Source of the DNA: Terriglobia bacterium
GTDB lineage: Bacteria > Acidobacteriota > Terriglobia > 20CM-2-55-15
Direction: 5' to 3'
DNA length: 64,000 nucleotides
NCBI GenBank assembly: GCA_965198225.1
Contig: CBDAOY010000005.1
Location: 384,001 to 448,000, forward strand
The notes under the pieces are model-generated. The model was not told the origin of the DNA and did no database searches. It saw nothing but the letters and a program-made list of their open reading frames with translations. The position numbers and the translations under genes were made by a program. Shown in pieces: positions 8,056 to 15,765 of the stretch. How positions within the stretch are numbered: position 1 is the stretch's first letter; the number at the start of each line of letters is the position of its first letter.

Positions 8056-9342
8056 TCACGCCCGGATTTCCGAAGCAAGGATATCGATCGCCTTGTCCAG
8101 TTGACGCGGCATGATGTAGTAGGGACACGAAAAACGGATCGAAGCCTGCTCTCCGTCTCTGCCGTCGGAAATATTGAACCAGACTCGGTGCTCCTTCCAT
8201 ATTGCCTCGCCGCGAGCTCTGAGCTTCTCGATCGGTATCCGCACCTTGACCATCGCGGCCGCCAGGTCCGGCGGTGGACCGCTCATGAATGAAACGTCAC
8301 CCACTTCGTGGATCTTTCGACGGACGTAATTGGCCAGGTATTGATGCCTCTGGTGGATCGTTTCCGGACCGAGCTGTTCGGCAAACTCGATCGCGGTTTC
8401 AAGACCGGCCAGGACGGTCGTGTTCGAGGTTCCGATCGTGCTCAATCGTTCGACGCCGAGTTCGGGCCTGTCCCAATTGCTGGAGACGGTGTGTCCCCAG
8501 AGTCGGTCGGCCATTCCCTGGCGGCAATACAGAAACCCGGTACCTTTGGGAGCGAACAACCATTTGTGCGGGCTGCTGGCGTAGAAATCACAGCCGAGTG
8601 AGTGCATGTCCAGCGGCAACTGTCCCATGGCATGGGCGCCATCGATCACACTGATGATGCCGCGGTCGCGGGCCAGGCGGGATATCTCACGAACCGGCAG
8701 CATCCCCCCCGTCGACGTCGTGATGTGGCTGATGCTGATCACTTTCGTGCGGGGGGTGATCGCGTCCTCGACGGCCTGCAGGATCTCGGCGGGACTCTCA
8801 GGAGGTACAGGTATCTTGAAATAGCGCACCGCGATACCGTAGCGCTTCTCGCGCTGCAGCCACGGACTGCGCCCCCCGGGATGTTCCTGGTCGCTGAGGA
8901 GCACTTCGTCTCCGGCTTCGAGTTCCAAACCAGTCCCGACCGTGTTCATCCCCTCCGTGGCGTTCCGCGTCAGAGCGATTTCGTCGGGATCCGCACCCAC
9001 GAACGCTGCAATCTTGGTGCGCGTATTCAGCGTCGTGTTGGCATACCCCCACCACGGGTAGGTATTGAATTCGCGATCCTCGAAGCTCTCCGTGTCGTGC
9101 AGATGGCGAATCATACGATCGACGACCGGACGCGGCGATATTCCCAGGCTTCCGTTGTTGAGGTAGATCACGTCTTCGGGGTGTGAGAACTGCCCTCGCA
9201 CGACCTCCCAGAATCGCTCGTCCTGCGGCAGCGCACCGGGACGAGGCGTCGCTCCGAGCGGCTCTCCCAGTGCGCCGAGCGCTGTCGTCGCTGGGAGCGC
9301 AGTCGTCGCTCCCACCAGAGACAAAAAGTGTCGACGGTCCAT
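8056..9342 (-). CDS. Tat-exported class V PLP-dependent enzyme (isopenicillin N epimerase/cysteine desulfhydrase-like)
   Basis: MDRRHFL twin-arginine signal; YLNNGS, EHP, DGAH, SPHKWL PLP lysine. Confidence 0.88.
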   Translation of the reverse strand: MDRRHFLSLVGATTALPATTALGALGEPLGATPRPGALPQDERFWEVVRGQFSHPEDVIYLNNGSLGISPRPVVDRMIRHLHDTESFEDREFNTYPWWGYANTTLNTRTKIAAFVGADPDEIALTRNATEGMNTVGTGLELEAGDEVLLSDQEHPGGRSPWLQREKRYGIAVRYFKIPVPPESPAEILQAVEDAITPRTKVISISHITTSTGGMLPVREISRLARDRGIISVIDGAHAMGQLPLDMHSLGCDFYASSPHKWLFAPKGTGFLYCRQGMADRLWGHTVSSNWDRPELGVERLSTIGTSNTTVLAGLETAIEFAEQLGPETIHQRHQYLANYVRRKIHEVGDVSFMSGPPPDLAAAMVKVRIPIEKLRARGEAIWKEHRVWFNISDGRDGEQASIRFSCPYYIMPRQLDKAIDILASEIRA

Positions 9343-9527
9343 ATTCCACCTCCGTTTTTTTTGGGAAAGCGCTGGGCGCTAGTGACCTGTTACAGGCCAC
9401 TCGTTTGCGAGCGATTCTACCACCGAATCGATGCCGACTCTCCGCGCGGACAGGTCGAACGGAATCGACAAAATGGTACTGTTCCCCGGGTAAACTTCGC
9501 CCCTGTTGACATCCCACCATCTATCGC

Positions 9528-9556
9528 TTGACACCCTACCCCGCCCTCCCTACCAT
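9528..9556 (+). promoter_or_regulatory. Sigma70-type promoter of the kinase-phosphatase-translocase operon
   Basis: TTGACA-17 nt-TACCAT; RBS AAGGAG precedes ATG 9627. Confidence 0.65.
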
Positions 9557-9626
9557 GCAGGCAACCGTATCTCAGTGACAGAAAAGGATGTACGGGTCGA
9601 TGTCGGCTCGCAAGGAGATCCCCTCC

Positions 9627-10448
9627 ATGAATAGTACGAACTGCCGCATGAGAACCCTACTGGCGCTTCTGGCGTTGGGCCCGATCGCCTCCTGGACCAG
9701 CGCCCAGGAGGGCGTGAAGTTCCAGGGGCCGGAGATCGAGCAGTTCATGGCCGAAGCCTCGATCACGGGGATGGTCGACATCGGAGAGGGCGTCACGCGA
9801 CCGCAGAAGGCGACGCTGGAACTTGACGGGGAAACGCAACACGGCGTTTTCAAAACCGTCGACATCTTCCGCGAAGGTATGACGAGGGTCGGCGACACCA
9901 TGGAGATGAACTTCCAGGATAGCTACAAGACCGAGATCGCGGCTTATGAAATCGATCGCCTGATCGGGCTCGGTATGGTGCCGACAACGCTGGAGAGGTC
10001 GTACCGCGGGGATATGGGATCTCTGCAATGGTGGGTCGAGAGCGAAATGTCGGAGGCCGACAGGGCACAGGGCCGCATCCTGCCGCCGGACCGCCAGAGC
10101 TGGGGTCGGATGATGTCGAAGGTCCGGCTCTTCGACAGCCTGATCTACAACACGGACCGCCATCAACGGAACATCCGGATCACGAAGGACTGGATCATCG
10201 TCCTGATCGATCATTCACGTGCCTTCCGTACCGAAAAGGAGTTGCGAGAGCCTGAGCGGATCACGCTATTCTCCAGGTCGTTGCTGGAGAATATTGCTAG
10301 ACTGGACGAAGATACGTTGAAGGACCGTGTCGGAAGGCACCTGACGATCTTTCAGATCCGAGCCGTGCTGGCCCGACGTGATCTTCTACTCGAACGAGCC
10401 AAAGAACTGGTCGCCGAACGGGGAGAGGAAAGGGTCCTTTTCCCCTGA
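9627..10448 (+). CDS. Exported atypical kinase-fold protein (PI3K/PI4K-like), paralog 2
   Basis: Signal peptide (MRTLLALLALGPIASWTSA|QE); GVFK, EIAAYEID, DRHQRN, IDHSRAF; collinear with 3384..4214. Confidence 0.82.
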   Translation: MNSTNCRMRTLLALLALGPIASWTSAQEGVKFQGPEIEQFMAEASITGMVDIGEGVTRPQKATLELDGETQHGVFKTVDIFREGMTRVGDTMEMNFQDSYKTEIAAYEIDRLIGLGMVPTTLERSYRGDMGSLQWWVESEMSEADRAQGRILPPDRQSWGRMMSKVRLFDSLIYNTDRHQRNIRITKDWIIVLIDHSRAFRTEKELREPERITLFSRSLLENIARLDEDTLKDRVGRHLTIFQIRAVLARRDLLLERAKELVAERGEERVLFP

Positions 10449-10465
10449 CGGAAGTCAAAGATTGA

Positions 10466-11725
10466 ATGGTTCTTAGATCCCTAACGAAACGCGATCTCGG
10501 CCGAACCCCGCTGGCGGTCCTGCTGCTTCTGGCACTGGCGTCGGTCGTCTTTTCCGGTGTCCTTGCCGGCGAACGCATCGTGTCGATGGCCGACATCCAC
10601 GGCAATTACGCTTCGGCAACCGCGCTTCTGCGAAAGACCGGCCTGATCGACGACGAAGCGCGGTGGGTCGGCGGCAAGACCACGTTTGTCCAGACCGGAG
10701 ACTATACCGACCGGGGTCCCGAGGTACGACGGGTGATGGACCTCCTGATGGATCTCGAAGAACAGGCGCAGAAGGCTGGTGGGCGAGCTGTCGTCCTGAT
10801 CGGCAACCACGAGATCATGAATATCATCGGCGAGTTGGTGGACGTCACAGAGGCCGACTACGCCAGCTTCGTCGACTCGCGATCCGAAGACCGACGGCAA
10901 GACGCTTATGAAGACTTCCTGAAGTTCGAGAAGCGCCGCGCGGAAAAGCTCGACCTGCCCTCACCAGCGCCCACGCCCGAAACCGAAGCCGCCTGGATGG
11001 CGGCGCATCCGCCGGGGTTCGTCGAACACCGCGAAGCATTCTCCTCGAAAGGCCGGTACGGGAAATGGTTGCGCGAACTTCCGGTCATTGCGAAAGAAGA
11101 AGACGTCATCTTCATGCATGCCGGCATCAACCCGCTTCTGTCCGAGATTTCGATCAAAGACCTCAACGCGCGAGTTCAGGAAGAACTCCGGGCTTTCGAC
11201 CAGTACAAGCAATACCTGGTCGATCGAGAACTGGCCCTCCCTTTCTTCACGCTGGGGGAACTGATCCGAGCGACGCAGGATGATCTCGAGAAGAGGCGAG
11301 CGCGCATCGCACGAGAGACGGCGGCGGAGGAGGAGGACGGGAAGACCTACTCTCCGCCCCGCGACGAGCAAAACCATATGAACGTGCTCGAAACCATCCT
11401 CGGGATGGGCAGCTGGCTGATCATCCATGAAGACGGCGTGCTCTGGTACCGGGGGTTTGCGCAGTGGAACGAAGTCGAGGGCGCCGCCGGTATCGAAAAA
11501 CTTCTCGACGCGTACGACGCCGATCATTTTGTCGTCGGACATACGCCGCAGGTTGGCGGACGCATACAGTCCCGCTTCGACGGCAAAATATTCCTGGCGG
11601 ATACCGGTATGCTGTCGAGCGTGTACCGCGGCGGCCAAGCCTCGGCGCTGGAATTCCAGGATGGCGCAATTCGGGCGATCTACCTGGATCGGGACCCCGT
11701 ACAGCTATATCCTTCCGCCCACTAG
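10466..11725 (+). CDS. Exported calcineurin-like metallophosphoesterase, Shewanella-like PPP phosphatase type
   Basis: Signal peptide (..VVFSGVLA|GE); DIHG, GDYTDRG, GNHE, HAG, GHT, DTG motifs. Confidence 0.88.
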   Translation: MVLRSLTKRDLGRTPLAVLLLLALASVVFSGVLAGERIVSMADIHGNYASATALLRKTGLIDDEARWVGGKTTFVQTGDYTDRGPEVRRVMDLLMDLEEQAQKAGGRAVVLIGNHEIMNIIGELVDVTEADYASFVDSRSEDRRQDAYEDFLKFEKRRAEKLDLPSPAPTPETEAAWMAAHPPGFVEHREAFSSKGRYGKWLRELPVIAKEEDVIFMHAGINPLLSEISIKDLNARVQEELRAFDQYKQYLVDRELALPFFTLGELIRATQDDLEKRRARIARETAAEEEDGKTYSPPRDEQNHMNVLETILGMGSWLIIHEDGVLWYRGFAQWNEVEGAAGIEKLLDAYDADHFVVGHTPQVGGRIQSRFDGKIFLADTGMLSSVYRGGQASALEFQDGAIRAIYLDRDPVQLYPSAH

Positions 11726-11740
11726 CGTCCCCGATCATTC

Positions 11741-14503
11741 ATGTCGCACTGGGTTGAACGACTGTTGAACTTGCGCCGTGGCGACCTGGCCCGCGGCATC
11801 CTCTTCTTTGCCTATTACTTCCTGATCGTCGCGAGCTACGTGGTCGGCAAGATCGGCCGAGATGCTCTTTTTCTGGACCGGTTCGCGCCGGATCAGCTTC
11901 CCTACGTCGACATATCCATCGCCGTGTTGGTGGGCTTCGTCATCGCAGCCTACATCCGTGCCGGCCACCGGGTCGGAATGCACAAACTGTTGACCGGAAG
12001 CTTGATCTCCTTCGCAGGCATCGCGGTCTTCTTCTGGTGGGCGTTCATCAGCTTCCGATGGGACTGGCTCTTCCCGGCGCTCTATATCTGGGTCGGTATC
12101 TTCGGTGTACTTGCCATCACGCAGGTGTGGACTCTGGCCAACTTCATGTTGACCACACGCGAGGCCAAGCGCCTGTTCGGCCTGGTCGGCAGCGGGGGGA
12201 TCCTCGGCGGTATTTTCGGGGGCTTCATATCGAACTCCACGGCGCGTAACCTCGGGACTGAGAGCCTGCTGCTGGTCCTGGCGCTGTTCCTCGGCATCTG
12301 CGTCGTCCTGGTGCTGCTGATCTGGCGACAACACCAGGCCGAGGTCCCGGAAGACGAGCCTCTGGTGCCGATCGCCGAAGGTCCGCGAAACTTGTTCGAG
12401 AGCTTTCGGTTGATGCTGTCCTCGCGGCACCTCACCTCGATCGCCGCTCTGATATGCGTGACGTCGATCGTCACGACCGCGGCCGGGTGGCAGTTCAAGG
12501 CCATAGCGAAGGAAACGATTGTCGAAACGGATGCGCTCGCCGCATTCTTCGGTTCGTTTCAGGGGTACGCCGGCGCTCTCTCGCTTGCAGCTCAGCTGTT
12601 GCTGACCTCGCGTATTCTCCAACGGTTCGGCGTGGGACTCGCACTGTTCATCCTGCCCGTGACGCTGACGCTGGGTTCAGCAGGTGTCCTCGTTTTTGGC
12701 GGCATCTGGGCGGCCACGTTCCTCAAGGGAAGCGACAATGTCCTGCGGTATTCGATCGACACTTCCGCCCTCCAACTGCTCTACCTGCCGGTTCCGTCGT
12801 CCGTCAAGATGCAGGTCAAATCGTTGATCGATACCGTCATCTGGAGGTTCGGGGACGGGTTCGCAGGTCTTACTCTGCTGGTGTTCGCGACCTTCCTGAA
12901 CTTCACGCCGAGTCAGATCAGCTGGGTCAACCTGGTTTTCCTCGGCCTCTGGTTTGTCCTCGCCGACATCGCACGCCGGCAATATGTCGCGACTCTTGGA
13001 GAACGGATCCAGGAGCATCGCATCGACGCCGAGAGCGCCGCCGCACCCGTCCTCGACAGATCGACTACGTCGATCATGGCTTCCAAGCTGGATTCGGCAG
13101 ACACCGAGGAGATCCTCTACGGATTGAGCCTGTTCGAAGTGGGGTACCACCAGACGTCCCATCCATCGATGCGAGGGCTCATCAAACACCCCTCGCCCGA
13201 AGTCCGTGCGAAGGCCCTGGCGATCTTGAACGCTGGGGGGGACCGATCGGTGGCTGACGACGTGGAAGAACTGCTGAGGGACGACGACCTCCAGGTCCGT
13301 ACCGAGGCCTTACTCTACCTCGCCCATCACTCGCACATCGACCCCGTCGCGCGCATTCAGGAGATCGTCGACTTTCCGGAGCACACGGTTCGTTCATCGA
13401 TCGCCGCGTTTCTGGCTCGCCCGGGAAATGCCCAGAACCTCGAAGTATCTCGGATGATGCTGGACATGATGATCGACGAAGCGGGACCCGACGGAAAACA
13501 GGTACGGCTGGAGGCGGCGCGGCTGATCGGGACGATGCCTGAGGATTTCGAAGAACAGCTGGCACGCTCGCTGCGCGACAAAGACCCGGAAATCGCCCGC
13601 GAAGCGATCCAGGCAGCCGGCCGACTCGGGAAACGTCGGTTCGTGCCGGACCTGCTCGAGCATTTGTCGGTTCCCGACTGTCGGGAATCGGCCACGGAAT
13701 CTCTGGCTGGGTTCGGCAATCGGATTCTCGGAACACTCCGGGACTACATGGCCGATGAAGAGATCCCGATAGAGGTCCGGCGCCAGATCCCAATGGTTAT
13801 GGTCGTCCTCGGCAGCGAAGAGGCCCAGGCTCTGCTGGTCGAAAACCTGTTCCAGGGTAACTCCGAGTTGCGATTCCGGATCATCTCCGCACTCAACAAG
13901 TTTCGAAACGGCCACCCCGAGATCAGGCTCGACACTCAGATGGTCGAGACGGTACTGGCGGCAGAGATCCTCGGACACTACCGGTCCTACCAGGGCCTGG
14001 GCGCGCTGGCCGGAAAACTCGATCGCGAAGACCCTGCCATGCGGGCGCTCGCGGAGTCGATCGACCAGGAGGTGGAACGAATCTTCCGGCTGCTCGGAAT
14101 ACTGTTCCCCAAACACGACCTCCACGCGGCGCATATCGGGCTTCGTGCCGGTGACTCCGTCGTTCACGACAACGTGCTGGAGTTCCTCGACAACACGCTG
14201 CGGCCCGAGTTGAGAGAGCTGTTGGTTCCGTTGGTCGACAGCGGAATTCGGCTCGAGGAACGTGTCCGTCGCGCCGACGCCCTGCTTGGCACCAGGGTGG
14301 AAACGTCCGAAGAGGCCGTCTCGATGCTGATCCACAGCGGCGATCCGTGGTTGCGTTCTTGCGCTGCATACGCGATTGGCGCCCTCGGACTCCGATCGAT
14401 GGAAGCGGAGTTGGAGGCCTGGGAAAATGACCCGGACCCGTTGCTGGTCGAAACGGTGCGGCAGGCCAGGGAAAAGCTGTCTACGGGCGCAGCGGGGGAC
14501 TAG
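11741..14503 (+). CDS. NTT/TLC (ATP:ADP antiporter family) transporter fused to HEAT repeats
   Basis: About 12 TM N-terminal domain with K..RDALFL, Q.WT.AN, REAKRLFG, RYSID...LYLP, K..IDT...RFGD; C-terminal HEAT-like repeats (P.PEVR..AL, D.D..VR.EA). Confidence 0.85.
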   Translation: MSHWVERLLNLRRGDLARGILFFAYYFLIVASYVVGKIGRDALFLDRFAPDQLPYVDISIAVLVGFVIAAYIRAGHRVGMHKLLTGSLISFAGIAVFFWWAFISFRWDWLFPALYIWVGIFGVLAITQVWTLANFMLTTREAKRLFGLVGSGGILGGIFGGFISNSTARNLGTESLLLVLALFLGICVVLVLLIWRQHQAEVPEDEPLVPIAEGPRNLFESFRLMLSSRHLTSIAALICVTSIVTTAAGWQFKAIAKETIVETDALAAFFGSFQGYAGALSLAAQLLLTSRILQRFGVGLALFILPVTLTLGSAGVLVFGGIWAATFLKGSDNVLRYSIDTSALQLLYLPVPSSVKMQVKSLIDTVIWRFGDGFAGLTLLVFATFLNFTPSQISWVNLVFLGLWFVLADIARRQYVATLGERIQEHRIDAESAAAPVLDRSTTSIMASKLDSADTEEILYGLSLFEVGYHQTSHPSMRGLIKHPSPEVRAKALAILNAGGDRSVADDVEELLRDDDLQVRTEALLYLAHHSHIDPVARIQEIVDFPEHTVRSSIAAFLARPGNAQNLEVSRMMLDMMIDEAGPDGKQVRLEAARLIGTMPEDFEEQLARSLRDKDPEIAREAIQAAGRLGKRRFVPDLLEHLSVPDCRESATESLAGFGNRILGTLRDYMADEEIPIEVRRQIPMVMVVLGSEEAQALLVENLFQGNSELRFRIISALNKFRNGHPEIRLDTQMVETVLAAEILGHYRSYQGLGALAGKLDREDPAMRALAESIDQEVERIFRLLGILFPKHDLHAAHIGLRAGDSVVHDNVLEFLDNTLRPELRELLVPLVDSGIRLEERVRRADALLGTRVETSEEAVSMLIHSGDPWLRSCAAYAIGALGLRSMEAELEAWENDPDPLLVETVRQAREKLSTGAAGD

Positions 14504-14513
14504 GTAAGTCCGA

Positions 14514-14581
14514 TTGCAAATCGCGATATTTGAGTAATCCGCATTGCAGGTTGCTCATTGGAGATTGCTTCATTTCAAATC
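14514..14581 (-). repeat. Family B element, partial inverted copy 2
   Basis: Reverse complement matches the 3' half of 3174..3315. Confidence 0.85.
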
Positions 14582-14622
14582 TTTGAGAACCAGTTTCGCC
14601 CAGATGGCGTAAGGAGGAACTC

Positions 14623-15591
14623 ATGCGATGCCGATTGTTTCTGATCACGCTGACCGTGCTGGTCGCCCTCAGCCTCGTGATCACCCCCGCGTCGAGAGGC
14701 CAGATGGGCCACATGAACAAGGTGGTCGACCTGCTCGAAAGCGGTCAGTCGATTTTTGGATCCTTCTCGGGATCACACGACGCGGCGGGCGCGGCGCAGA
14801 CGATCCAGAACCGGGATCTGGACTTCGTCTTCTACTCGATGGAAGCTCTCGGGCAGTACAACATCCCCAACCTCCGGGCGTTCATCCAGTTCATGAACGT
14901 GGCGGGCGTGATGGAGAACCGGTACGACATCCGCACGGAGTATCCGCTGCTGGTTCGGATTCCGCCGCTCGAGGACGACCGCGCGGCAGGTCCGCGGCGG
15001 GTGGGAGAGGTTCTCAACGCGGGGGCGCACGGCGTCGTCTTCCCACAGCTCAACTCCCCGGAAGATGCGAAGCTGGCGATCGATTCGATGAGGTACTCGG
15101 AGCTGCGCCAGACGCCGCAGGCTCGAGGACGCGGGGGTCGAGGCCGCGGAGGTCGAGGCGGACGTGGCGGGCGGGGAGCGGTCGCGCCGACGCCGATTCC
15201 AGCGGCTTCCTACTGGGGAATGTCCCAGGAAGAATACAGGGAACGCGCCGACGTCTGGCCCATCAACCCCAACGGTGAGTTGGTAAACATGTTTCTCATC
15301 GAAAACCAGGAGGGCATCGGGCACGCGAGGGAGATCGTTCGGACGCCGGGTGTCAGCATCGCTGTTCCCGGTCCAGGCGACCTCCGCCAGGCATACGAGG
15401 GCGACATGGAAGCGGTCGAGAATGCCATCCAGACGGTACTGGCAGCCTGCAAGGAGTTCGACGTCGCGTGCGGCATCACGGCGAATACGAATGACATCGA
15501 ACGGCGCCTATCTGAAGGTTTCCGGGTGATCATCGCCAACGCGGAAGCGAACCGCCTCGGGATGCGGGCGGCGGGACGACGAGACGACTAG
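14623..15591 (+). CDS. HpcH/HpaI aldolase/citrate lyase-family protein with signal peptide and RGG insert
   Basis: LLVRIP, GAHGVVFP, FLIEN.EG, GPGDL; hydrophobic N-terminus; RBS AAGGAGG. Confidence 0.82.
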   Translation: MRCRLFLITLTVLVALSLVITPASRGQMGHMNKVVDLLESGQSIFGSFSGSHDAAGAAQTIQNRDLDFVFYSMEALGQYNIPNLRAFIQFMNVAGVMENRYDIRTEYPLLVRIPPLEDDRAAGPRRVGEVLNAGAHGVVFPQLNSPEDAKLAIDSMRYSELRQTPQARGRGGRGRGGRGGRGGRGAVAPTPIPAASYWGMSQEEYRERADVWPINPNGELVNMFLIENQEGIGHAREIVRTPGVSIAVPGPGDLRQAYEGDMEAVENAIQTVLAACKEFDVACGITANTNDIERRLSEGFRVIIANAEANRLGMRAAGRRDD

Positions 15592-15607
15592 CGTCGTCCC
15601 TTCGTCG

Positions 15608-15677
15608 GTGTAGGGGCGCTCTATGAGCGCACATGGTTTCGGCTCCACCAATGTGCGGTCACAGACCGCACCTACAC
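15608..15677. repeat. GTAG-type REP doublet (REPIN-like, family A)
   Basis: gtgtaggggcgctctatgagcgcac ... gtgcggtcacagaccgcacctacac. Confidence 0.9.
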
Positions 15678-15683
15678 TCTTAG

Positions 15684-15733
15684 CTCCCCTCCTTGGTCAT
15701 CAAGGAGGGGTGGCGCGAAGCGCCGGGGTGGTT
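15684..15733. repeat. Double-hairpin repeat (family C)
   Basis: ctcccctcc..ggaggggtggcgcgaagcgccggggtggt; recurs at 57862-57908. Confidence 0.85.
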
Positions 15734-15765
15734 CGACCAACGGACAACCAACAACGGCCTACGTC

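Noticed and set aside
8056-9342. Calling this gene selenocysteine lyase/SufS
   Set aside because: The catalytic Cys loop is not evident and the protein is Tat-exported.
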